Shown: positions 1 to 8,509, counted from the first letter of the stretch. The stretch: 64,000 bases of DNA from Promethearchaeota archaeon (GCA_019058445.1 JAHPZA010000006.1:640001-704000), one strand, 5' to 3'. Made by a program: numbers and translations. Notes: generated by a model not told the origin, from the letters alone.

Positions 1-1993
1 TCGAATTGATTTCAACGATAGGTTCAGGATTTAATTTAAGTAAAGACTTTATATTAGAAAACATCGAATGAGTGCGGAAACGGCTGTGACCTTGGATGAA
101 TGTTAAAGGATATTTTTTGTCTCCGGGAGTAATAGGGGCTTCTATAGGTGGTAAATAGACCGGAAGTGCTTGCCCGTCCTCTACAAGTTGCTCGGCATAA
201 AGCTCAATTTTTCTCGAAGGTGTTCTAAAATTTAAAGGAAAATTTCCTCCCTCAGGAAGTGCTCTTAAGAGCATAGCACCTTTACCTAAAGTTTCTCGAT
301 TATATCCTTCTAATGAAGAATGATTAGTTATCATGTCAATCATTGCTTCTTCTCCACCTTTAAAGTAATCTCCATATCCCAGTTTTTCAGCCAGCCCGGC
401 GACAATATTTACATCAGATTTAGATTCATATAGCGGCTCAATTACTTTTTGTTGGAGTTGTACATAGGGATAAGGATGGGAGACAAAATCAGAAAATTCT
501 AAGAAGCTACATACTGGCAATACAAGATCCGCATAACGAGCGGAGGGTGTCATAAACAATTCTGTTTGTACAATAAACTCTAATTTTGGATAAAACTCGT
601 TTATAATCTTGTTATGGTCAACGCATTGGTTTAAAAAATTGATAAAAGAAAACCATAGAGCCTTTATAGGATATGGCTTACCGGAAATTACGGCTTCATA
701 TAAGTTTAATATACCGAGCCTATGAAAACTTGGTTTGTCTGGAACTGCTTTAAGAAATGGATCCCAGTTCAGTACTGCTGGCAGATAACCCGAGCTAAAA
801 GAAGTTGCCACATGACCGGTTACGCTTGCAACAGAGCATAACCCTCTTAAGGAGATGTCTCCGTGATACGTTCGAGTAAAACCCATATATGTAAAAAATG
901 TAACATTATGAGTAGTTCCTAACTTTTTTGCTAATTTAATTATAAGATTAGCATCAACACCGGTTATTTCTGCTGCTTTTTCCGGAGGATATTCATGAGT
1001 TAATTCTTTTAAAAGTTGAAAGGCAGGTTTACATTCAATTCCATTTACATCATAAGTTCCTGTGATACTTGCAGATTGTACATTTTTTTTCCGAAGTGGT
1101 TTAGGAGAATTTGAAGTTTCCTCCCAAATAATATATGAATTGGCTTTTTTATCTCCAATATCTTTACCTCGGAGAAGTTTACCTGTATCACTTCTTACCA
1201 AAAAAGGACCATTGGTATGTTCCCGAATAAACTCTATGTTGTAGAACTTATTTTGAAAAATTACATTCATTAATCCCAACGCTAAAGCGCTATCTGTACC
1301 AGGTTTTAATCCCAGAAACTCATCAGCTTTAGAAGCTGTCACAGTAAAGCGTGTGTCAACAACTACTACTTGCGTACCGGCTTCTTTTGCGTCCATTATT
1401 TTTCTCATAGTCTGAAGAGGCATAGATTCTCCTGGGTTTGCGCCCCACACAACTAGCAATTCAGGCCAATTCCTCTGCCAAAACTTCCCAAAAAGATACA
1501 TATACGGAAATTGACTACCAAAAATAACTCGACTCCCGCATGGCAACCCCGCATCCCCATAACCCCAAGCACTTACTCGAGTACTCTGAGTTAGACTTGC
1601 TATTCTAAGGTATGCTCCAAATTTAGTTGTACCTGCGCCTGGACCACCTAATACCCACCCGATAGATCTCCATCCAAATTTATCTGCAATACTTCTAAAG
1701 TTTTCAACAATAATATCGTAAGCTTCGTCCCAGGAAATTCGTTCAAATTTTGCTTGACCTCTCTCTCCCACACGCTTCATAGGATATTTTAAACGATCAG
1801 AATGATATGTGATATCCAAACTAGAAAGCCCTCTAAGACATATTCTCCGATCTATTTTATTCGGAAACTCCGCAGGTTCTAATTTTATGATACGATCTCC
1901 TTGGAGATGAGCTAAAATACCACAAGCATCAATACCACAATGTGCTGGACAGGCAGTTCTTATTTTCCTTATCTCATTATTATTTACTGACAT
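1..1993 (-). CDS. Molybdopterin (Mo/W-bisPGD, DMSO reductase family) oxidoreductase catalytic subunit, 3' end runs off the window
   Basis: Not in the ORF track because there is no stop in the window. Manual translation from ATG at 1993: MSVNNNEIRKIRTACPAHCGIDACG...RICLRG...RLKYPMKRVGERGQAKFERISWDEA...WGANP...DTRFTVTASKADEFLGLKPGTDSALALG...MTPSARYADLVLP...HSRFRTHSMF. These are canonical family motifs. Confidence 0.93.
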   Translation of the reverse strand, partial: MSVNNNEIRKIRTACPAHCGIDACGILAHLQGDRIIKLEPAEFPNKIDRRICLRGLSSLDITYHSDRLKYPMKRVGERGQAKFERISWDEAYDIIVENFRSIADKFGWRSIGWVLGGPGAGTTKFGAYLRIASLTQSTRVSAWGYGDAGLPCGSRVIFGSQFPYMYLFGKFWQRNWPELLVVWGANPGESMPLQTMRKIMDAKEAGTQVVVVDTRFTVTASKADEFLGLKPGTDSALALGLMNVIFQNKFYNIEFIREHTNGPFLVRSDTGKLLRGKDIGDKKANSYIIWEETSNSPKPLRKKNVQSASITGTYDVNGIECKPAFQLLKELTHEYPPEKAAEITGVDANLIIKLAKKLGTTHNVTFFTYMGFTRTYHGDISLRGLCSVASVTGHVATSFSSGYLPAVLNWDPFLKAVPDKPSFHRLGILNLYEAVISGKPYPIKALWFSFINFLNQCVDHNKIINEFYPKLEFIVQTELFMTPSARYADLVLPVCSFLEFSDFVSHPYPYVQLQQKVIEPLYESKSDVNIVAGLAEKLGYGDYFKGGEEAMIDMITNHSSLEGYNRETLGKGAMLLRALPEGGNFPLNFRTPSRKIELYAEQLVEDGQALPVYLPPIEAPITPGDKKYPLTFIQGHSRFRTHSMFSNIKSLLKLNPEPIVEINS

Positions 1994-2149
1994 GATAAAA
2001 GACTATGCTCCTTATTCTAATTCTAATAATCATAATATAATATTCAAATATTTTTTATATATCAAATTTTAATTTAATATTTTTATAATATATTTTTTCT
2101 TTTGAGAAAATTTATAACTAAGTTAAATAATTCTTGATATGATTATATT

Positions 2150-2320
2150 ATGGCTGAAGATGAAGAATTTAATAATGAAGAAGAAACTGATAGTGAAGAT
2201 GTGAAAAAAGAGAAAGAACAACTGGAGAGTTTAGGTGTTTCTAGTACATGGAATGTCTTGACTGACTCTAAAAAAGAGAAGAAAGAAGAAAAAAAGCCCG
2301 AATTTCGAGGATTCAATTAG
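2150..2320 (+). CDS. Small highly charged hypothetical protein (56 aa)
   Basis: MAEDEEFNNEEETDSEDVKKEKEQLESLGVSSTWNVLTDSKKEKKEEKKPEFRGFN. Coding-like purine bias and an upstream TTTATAA. Below the ORF-track length cut-off. Confidence 0.65.
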   Translation: MAEDEEFNNEEETDSEDVKKEKEQLESLGVSSTWNVLTDSKKEKKEEKKPEFRGFN

Positions 2321-2324
2321 TGAA

Positions 2325-3164
2325 TTACGTCTTTAAGATTACATTTAAAAGTATTGGAAAATTTTTTTCGGCTCCATGGATTAGAAATAATCTATTTTTA
2401 ATAGGAATTACTGCTTCATTCCCAGCCAAAATCCATTCTCTTTGGATTTCTTCCTTTATATAGACTTTAGCACCTACATATCCATCAAATGTCGCATCTT
2501 CTATCTTTAAATCTATAAAACCTGGAATATCATGATTCCTAATTTCATATTCAGTTTTGCTTTTGTATGTTGCTAAGGCAGCTTTTATCAAGTTTTCATC
2601 AGTTTCAATATTTCGGTCATACTCAAAAATTATAAGTCCACAATCATTAGTAGGAAATCCTTTAGCAGCTACTAATTCATAATCAAAAATAGTTCTACTA
2701 AGCGATTCAGAACGTTCAATGACTTCCGATTTAATCCCCCATTTACGCTCAATAAGTGGTTTTAAATATTTTATAAAACCAGGATGAACATTTTCTAAAA
2801 TTATTTCTTTTTTCTCTTGAAATATTTTTTCAAGATTATCCCCTATGAAAATATAAGAGTCTTTAAGTTGCTTCAATTCGGTTTCATTCTTGTGGATGAT
2901 TTTATCTAACATTTTAATCGGTGAATTTGCGACATAGTGCGTTCTTTTAGGTTTTTTCTTGACTTCAATACCCTCTACCCAACCTTTTCCAATTAACCTA
3001 TCCAGAATTCCATATATGGTTGTGCGACCTATTTCTAGATTATCCTTTAACCTTCCGACCATATCACCATTCGAACCCTTCTCTAATAACGCTAGATATA
3101 CTCTTGCTTCTTCTGGAGTTAAACCAAACTGTATGAGTTTTTGAATGTATTCTTCATTAACCAA
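2325..3164 (-). CDS. TrmB-family wHTH transcriptional regulator with an uncharacterised C-terminal domain
   Basis: N-terminal LIQFGLTPEEARVYLALL...RTTIYGILDRLIGKGWV is the TrmB HTH signature. The C-domain is homologous to that of 5467..6762. Confidence 0.85.
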   Translation of the reverse strand: MVNEEYIQKLIQFGLTPEEARVYLALLEKGSNGDMVGRLKDNLEIGRTTIYGILDRLIGKGWVEGIEVKKKPKRTHYVANSPIKMLDKIIHKNETELKQLKDSYIFIGDNLEKIFQEKKEIILENVHPGFIKYLKPLIERKWGIKSEVIERSESLSRTIFDYELVAAKGFPTNDCGLIIFEYDRNIETDENLIKAALATYKSKTEYEIRNHDIPGFIDLKIEDATFDGYVGAKVYIKEEIQREWILAGNEAVIPIKNRLFLIHGAEKNFPILLNVILKT

Positions 3165-3219
3165 TTAAATCACGTTGATTTAGGAGTAAAGTCTGTTAAA
3201 CACTTATAATTTTGAAAAA

Positions 3220-3250
3220 TATATAAATGTTGTCACTAGGTGACGACAAC
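3220..3250 (-). promoter_or_regulatory. TATA box plus TTGTCAC-N3-GTGAC palindrome (candidate TrmB-type operator)
   Basis: tatataaa 3220-3227 (TTTATATA on the minus strand) followed by gttgtcactaggtgacgacaac. Same layout as at 8451-8481. Confidence 0.6.
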
Positions 3251-3318
3251 TTCAATATATTTAAATATAAACAAAATTTTTCTCTAAATAGTAAAAACTA
3301 ACTTAAAGAAGTGAAAAT

Positions 3319-3999
3319 ATGTCTAAAAGCAAAAAAAGAATTCCTGAAGGAGAGGCAATTTTAGATATGCCTGAATTAACCATGGAAGAGCTAAATGAGA
3401 GCTTTAGAAAACGAATGTGGGAATACAAACAGTTTGTGAAGTTCCTTATAAAGGGAGTAGGAATTAAGGATTATTCTAAAATATTAGAAATCGGTCCGGG
3501 ACCAGGATGGATTACAATTCTTTTAGCAAAGGCAAATCCCACATTAAAAATAACCGGTTTGGAAATATCTGAAGATATGATCAGGGTAGCAAATGAAAAC
3601 AAAGAAAATGAGGGAATATCTGATCAAATTGAATTCATTCTTGGAGATGCAAAGAATATGAGTGAAATAAAAGATAAAACTTTTGATGCAGTGATCTCTC
3701 ATGATAGTTTACATCACTGGGAAGATCCCATTAGAGTTTTTAATGAAATTCAAAGGGTGTTAAAAGAAAATGGTGTGTTTTGTATTAAAGATGGGCGAAG
3801 AGATATTGGTTTACCCGCTAAATTTATATTTAATATAGCAAAGCTTTTCATTTCTAAAACCATGAGCTATTATTGGAAAACGTCAATAATGGCCGGATAT
3901 ACTCCTGAAGAATTAAACCAAATATTAAATCAGACCAAATTGAAAAATAGATATGAATTAAAAACCGATTTATTTGATTTAATAATTCATAATAAATAA
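3319..3999 (+). CDS. Class I SAM-dependent methyltransferase (UbiE/Methyltransf_11/25-like)
   Basis: ILEIGPGPG motif I; FDAVISHDSLHHWEDP; RVLKENG. Confidence 0.9.
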   Translation: MSKSKKRIPEGEAILDMPELTMEELNESFRKRMWEYKQFVKFLIKGVGIKDYSKILEIGPGPGWITILLAKANPTLKITGLEISEDMIRVANENKENEGISDQIEFILGDAKNMSEIKDKTFDAVISHDSLHHWEDPIRVFNEIQRVLKENGVFCIKDGRRDIGLPAKFIFNIAKLFISKTMSYYWKTSIMAGYTPEELNQILNQTKLKNRYELKTDLFDLIIHNK

Positions 4000-4052
4000 G
4001 AAAAAATAAAAAATTAAAAAACTCTTTTTTATGCTAATTTATTACTAGTTTA

Positions 4053-4763
4053 TTATTCTTCCTTTAGGAATCTCCTTTTAATCATTTCCGGCATCATAAA
4101 ACCGATATAAAACATAATCGCGCTTATGACTAATATCACGCGAAAAGGTGGAAAAGACAAAACTGTTTCTAAAGCCGCTCCTATCAGATATATCAGAAAT
4201 GCTAAGAGTAAGAATTTTCCCTTTAATTTAATCTCGGGTTTCTCTGATTGTAATGATCTATAAGCAAAATAAAAACCAGATATGATAAATATCACCAAAT
4301 CCAATAGAAGATAAATAATTAAAAATACTCCTAAATCGATATTAACTGGGTCTACAAGCACTCCTAAGACAGAAATATCTGAAAATAGGAAATATAGGAT
4401 TAATACCTCGAAAATTAGAGCATAGATAATATATGCACTAATTAGGGGTTTGAAATTCTTGATTCTAGTGAGGTCGTTTAATGCCACAAACCATACAGTT
4501 AGCGTTAATGAAATAAATGAAAATGTAATTAAAATATACCAAAAGATTGATAATCCGACACCATTAAATAAATAGACTAAGAAACTAATCGACGATCCCC
4601 ACCAGGGTTTACTCATCACTATCCACGTTATTCCTACTAGAATAAGAGTTTTTTGTTTGAATTCTCTATATTTTAACGCAATTTTTAAGCCTATTATTAC
4701 CGAAAAAATTACAAAAAGAAGGCTAAAAAGACCATTTATCACAATAGTAGTATCAATTACCAT
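4053..4763 (-). CDS. Lokiarchaeal multi-pass (~7 TM) membrane protein
   Basis: About seven hydrophobic segments. SEKPEIKLKGKFLLLAF loop of the kind seen in expanded Loki 7TM families. Confidence 0.75.
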   Translation of the reverse strand: MVIDTTIVINGLFSLLFVIFSVIIGLKIALKYREFKQKTLILVGITWIVMSKPWWGSSISFLVYLFNGVGLSIFWYILITFSFISLTLTVWFVALNDLTRIKNFKPLISAYIIYALIFEVLILYFLFSDISVLGVLVDPVNIDLGVFLIIYLLLDLVIFIISGFYFAYRSLQSEKPEIKLKGKFLLLAFLIYLIGAALETVLSFPPFRVILVISAIMFYIGFMMPEMIKRRFLKEE

Positions 4764-4893
4764 GTTAGCTTATGCCTAAGAGTTTAATGTTTTTTACAAA
4801 TACCATGTTTTATTTGTATTTAAACCTATCTTGAACGAAAACGGCTTAAAAAATAAATTTAAAAGTATTAAATAAAGATAATTTAAAAAAAAC

Positions 4894-5451
4894 TCAATAT
4901 TCAAGAGAAAATGTATTTTTAATCCAATCTTCAATATCCTTATTTGAATTGCTTCGGGGTTGTGCACCTTTATAAATATTAATTTGTCGCTCTTCTTCCA
5001 TTTTCTTGGAAAGATCCCGAATTTCTGTTATATTCCCATTTTCAACTTGAATCTCAACCACCGTTCCAAAAGCCATTGGCCGCTGAAATCCCATATGGAC
5101 ATACATTTGCTGGATGAAATCTTTTGCTAACAATACTGTTCCTGTGAATTCTGCTTTCAGATTTAAATTTTGATAGCAATAGTCAAATATAGAATTACCC
5201 GTCTCTTTAGCCGTTATAGGTTCGACTCCATTAATCTCAGGAGGTTTTTTCGCATTTACTAACATTCCATCTAAGATTAAACGGTCGTTTGTAAATTTAT
5301 ATTTCATCACATACCCCCGCCAGCATGCTGTACATCTAAAATAAGATTGTATATCAAAATCTTCAGGAATGGGCAACTTACCACCCTTAAGACCCACAAG
5401 GGAAAATTTATCTCCATTATATAAAAATTCATCTGGGATTTGTGCTGTCGT
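4894..5451 (-). CDS. Conserved hypothetical protein (MTAQIPD...TACWRGY family), probable ACG start
   Basis: The frame stays open upstream of the track's GTG (5397) to ACG-ACA-GCA-CAA-ATC-CCA-GAT at 5451. GGAGG lies 8 nt upstream of the ACG. Confidence 0.75.
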   Translation of the reverse strand, partial: TTAQIPDEFLYNGDKFSLVGLKGGKLPIPEDFDIQSYFRCTACWRGYVMKYKFTNDRLILDGMLVNAKKPPEINGVEPITAKETGNSIFDYCYQNLNLKAEFTGTVLLAKDFIQQMYVHMGFQRPMAFGTVVEIQVENGNITEIRDLSKKMEEERQINIYKGAQPRSNSNKDIEDWIKNTFSLEY

Positions 5452-5466
5452 GATAAAAACCTCCCT

Positions 5467-6762
5467 CTAATATAGTTTTAAAATAATATCCATTATGTTT
5501 TGAAATTTCTCTTCTGAACCCCATATTACATATATTACGTTATCGATTGGTATTGCAACTTCTTTTATGGCAACAACCCAATCATGACCAATGTTATTTG
5601 CTATTTTACTACCCTCTTCAAACTTGAGAAGTATTGATGCTCCTAGATATTCTTGGACTTTAGTATATTCGATTTTCATCTCTTCAAAACCAGGGATGAC
5701 ACCCTCATTTTTTAATTTTTCAATCTGTTCTTCAATTTTATTATATACTAGATCTAGTTTATCACGAACTCGCAACTCATCAATTATATCTTTATCATAT
5801 TCGAAGAATATAATTCCGAAATCTTTTTCAAGCCCCATTATACCTAAAACATCAATGTCAAAGACTTCCCTACCCAAAGATCGAGAATCTTTATAACGTT
5901 CAGAGATATCTTCCCAGCCATTGCTAATGTATTCGTCTATTAACAGTCTGAAACTTTTAAGAATTTTTATCTCTTCTTCCTTTTCCTGAATTATTTTATT
6001 TACCAAGTCACCTATAGGCCTTGCTACATAAATTTGTGTACCTCTTGGAGTTTCTAAAACCTTCTCAACCCAATTTTTTTTCAAAAGCCGTTCTATTATT
6101 CTATATATTGTAGTTCTTTTTATAACTAATTCTTTATTCAAATTACCTACTGTTTCTCCTTTTTCTCCTTTATTAAGTAAGGTTAAGTAAACTCTTGCCT
6201 CATCCGGACTTAATCCAAATTTCTGCAATCCTAATGTCTGCAATATTTTGGAAGTATCAAATAAAAATTTAGTAGAAACCTCTTTGGTAAACGGATCTTC
6301 TTTACCTAATAAAACATCTGGGGCCATATAAGGTTCTTTTGTACTCATTAATCTTAATGTTCTTGAAGATAGAGTTATAACATCAATTAGCTGAACTAAT
6401 GTATCCCCTTCATCCAGAGAAATTTTACAAATTATCCCTCTTTCCTCATCTTTAAAACCAACTATAAAATCTTTTCGATTTGAAGAAAATGCAACTAGCT
6501 TGTCAAAGGTATTTTGTATAACTCTATAAATTATACCCATTATCTGAATTGTTTTTCCTTTCTCAGATTCCCATACAGAATTGATATTTTCTATATCTCC
6601 ACCAATATCCCAATTTAATGTAGAGTATATTAAATTGTATATTATTCTCTTCTTTTCTTCCTCTTCTCCCTTTTCTTCTTCAATTAATTCTATAATTGCT
6701 ACAGAATTTATATTTAAATCAGATTCCAGAAATGACTCTGCAATTTTTTCGTAGTTGGTCAT
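5467..6762 (-). CDS. Profilin-like domain fused to TrmB-family wHTH regulator and a shared C-terminal domain
   Basis: N-terminus VAII...IYSTLNWDIGGDI...VW...IQIMGIIYRVIQNTFDKLVA...IVGFKDEERGIICKI matches the Asgard profilin pattern. Centre LQKFGLSPDEARVYLTLL...RTTIYRIIERLLKKNWV is a TrmB HTH. Start at ATG 6762 is favoured by the TATA at 6802-6809; the track gives 6789. Confidence 0.8.
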   Translation of the reverse strand: MTNYEKIAESFLESDLNINSVAIIELIEEEKGEEEEKKRIIYNLIYSTLNWDIGGDIENINSVWESEKGKTIQIMGIIYRVIQNTFDKLVAFSSNRKDFIVGFKDEERGIICKISLDEGDTLVQLIDVITLSSRTLRLMSTKEPYMAPDVLLGKEDPFTKEVSTKFLFDTSKILQTLGLQKFGLSPDEARVYLTLLNKGEKGETVGNLNKELVIKRTTIYRIIERLLKKNWVEKVLETPRGTQIYVARPIGDLVNKIIQEKEEEIKILKSFRLLIDEYISNGWEDISERYKDSRSLGREVFDIDVLGIMGLEKDFGIIFFEYDKDIIDELRVRDKLDLVYNKIEEQIEKLKNEGVIPGFEEMKIEYTKVQEYLGASILLKFEEGSKIANNIGHDWVVAIKEVAIPIDNVIYVIWGSEEKFQNIMDIILKLY

Positions 6763-6869
6763 ATAGAGAGAAATTCTTTTACTTTTCATATGATCATTTC
6801 GTTATATAATTATAGTATAAATAAAAAAATAAAATAATTTACCCGCGAATTTTTTGATTTTATAGTAGG

Positions 6870-7070
6870 CTATTTGTATTTGTTTTTGAATTTTTCTTTT
6901 AAGTCTTTCAGCAAATCTTTCATACACTCGTTTTCTTTAGATCTTTGAATACGTGTAAAATCATTTAGCATTGAAAATCGCTCTGTTGGGGTTTTTTTTG
7001 CATTCTTTTGTTCATCTGCTTCATCTGATAAAAGTATGCAGGGAATACCATCTATCACTCTTATTTTCAC
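6870..7070 (-). CDS. Small hypothetical protein immediately downstream of actin
   Basis: GTG at 7070 preceded by a GGGTGAGG SD-like sequence. Ends in the amphipathic helix MKDLLKDLKEKFKNKYK. Confidence 0.6.
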   Translation of the reverse strand: MKIRVIDGIPCILLSDEADEQKNAKKTPTERFSMLNDFTRIQRSKENECMKDLLKDLKEKFKNKYK

Positions 7071-7112
7071 CAAATTCCTCACCCTAATTTGATATTTAAG
7101 ATAATTTGGATC

Positions 7113-8252
7113 TTAGAAGCATCGATGGATTACCTGAGGTCCCATTTCTTTATATTCGCGCCGAGTGATCCACATCCTATTAAAAGTCTTCAGAGATGCC
7201 AAGATCGACCCCCCGATCCACACAGAATACATTCTTTCGGGAGGGGATATGATCCTAACATCTACAGAATCCGGAATCTGTTCCTTAATTTCTTTAGCTA
7301 AACGCTCCTTGAATCCCGGATACATAGTAGAACCTCCCGAAAGAACGATATTCGAAAAAAGATCTCGCCTTAAATCTACATCACACTCGTAGATCGCCCC
7401 TACTATTAGATCATCTAATGGTTCCAGTTCTTTTCCTACAGCCGACGGATTGAAGAAACATTCGGGTGCGAGAAACCTCTCCACACCTACATTTATAGTT
7501 TCTCCATCAGGTAACATGAAACTTTTCTCCATTCCTGCCACTTTTTTGGAAAGCATTACCTCCTTTTCCGGATCTAAAGCGACATAACAGAGTTTTTCTT
7601 TTATGTCCCTGACGATCTCCATTTCGGCTGAACTCATAAGGGTCACTCCTTTTTGCCTCAATAGCCTCTGCAAATATCTTGTAACATCACGCCCTGCTAG
7701 ATCGACTCTCTCGATTGCATGACTTAACGCAAAGCCTTCAAAGATCGGTACAATATGGGAAACTCCATCACCGATATCTATGACCGTTCCCGTTACACGT
7801 CCTGAGGCATAAAGAGATAATACTGCCTGAGTTGCTACATATAATGCAGGAACGTTAAAGGTTTCAAACATGATTTCGCCCATTCTCTCCCTATTTGATC
7901 TCGGATTTAATGGAGCTTCGGTTAAAAGTACCGGATGCTCTGAAGGATCTATTCTTAAGTCTGTGTAAAATGTATAATGCCAGATTCTCTCCATAGAATT
8001 CCAGTCATCGACAATTCCATGCTCTATGGGAAAATTTAGTTTCATAACTCCCGAGAGTTCCGCAGCCTCCTCTCCGATATAATATTCTCTGGTAAAGTGT
8101 TTATACTCGGAAAGGATATTGTGATATTTTGGTGTGCCGATCATAGTAGGAAATACTGAACGAGGTTGATCCTCACCCGCATAACCGTTTTTTGAAATAC
8201 CTGTGCCGTTGTCTAAGACGATTGGTTTTGAAAGTTGCTCATGATCTGCCAT
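7113..8252 (-). CDS. Asgard actin (Lokiactin-like)
   Basis: DNGTG, FPIEHGIV, HPVLLTEAPLNP, FETFNVPALYV, QAVLSLYASGR, DIGDGVSHIVPI, LSGGSTMYPG, PPERMYSVWIGGSILASL, C-terminal IHRCF. ATG at 8252 has GGAGG upstream; the track's GTG 8267 overlaps that SD. Confidence 0.97.
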   Translation of the reverse strand: MADHEQLSKPIVLDNGTGISKNGYAGEDQPRSVFPTMIGTPKYHNILSEYKHFTREYYIGEEAAELSGVMKLNFPIEHGIVDDWNSMERIWHYTFYTDLRIDPSEHPVLLTEAPLNPRSNRERMGEIMFETFNVPALYVATQAVLSLYASGRVTGTVIDIGDGVSHIVPIFEGFALSHAIERVDLAGRDVTRYLQRLLRQKGVTLMSSAEMEIVRDIKEKLCYVALDPEKEVMLSKKVAGMEKSFMLPDGETINVGVERFLAPECFFNPSAVGKELEPLDDLIVGAIYECDVDLRRDLFSNIVLSGGSTMYPGFKERLAKEIKEQIPDSVDVRIISPPERMYSVWIGGSILASLKTFNRMWITRREYKEMGPQVIHRCF

Positions 8253-8450
8253 AATTTTTTCCTCCACTTTAATATCTTATTTTTTTTAGATTTTTATTGA
8301 GGAATCAAGCATGAATTTGATGATAAAAGTATTGTTTAGATTGACTTTGCCTAAAATCATCTACCGCAATATATTATCCAAATTCAGTATTGATTCCTTT
8401 GTTATTTTTTCCAAATTTTTATTACTTGATAATATAATAAAAATTCTACC

Positions 8451-8509
8451 TATATAAATCTTTGTCACCCTTCCGTGACAATCATGACACATGATCATAA
8501 CATGTGATT
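8451..8509 (-). promoter_or_regulatory. Putative actin promoter: TATA box plus an array of three palindromes
   Basis: tatataaa 8451-8458; TTGTCAC-N6-GTGACAA 8462-8481; ATCAT-N5-ATGAT 8481-8495; ATCAT-N5-GTGAT 8494-8508. Confidence 0.6.
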
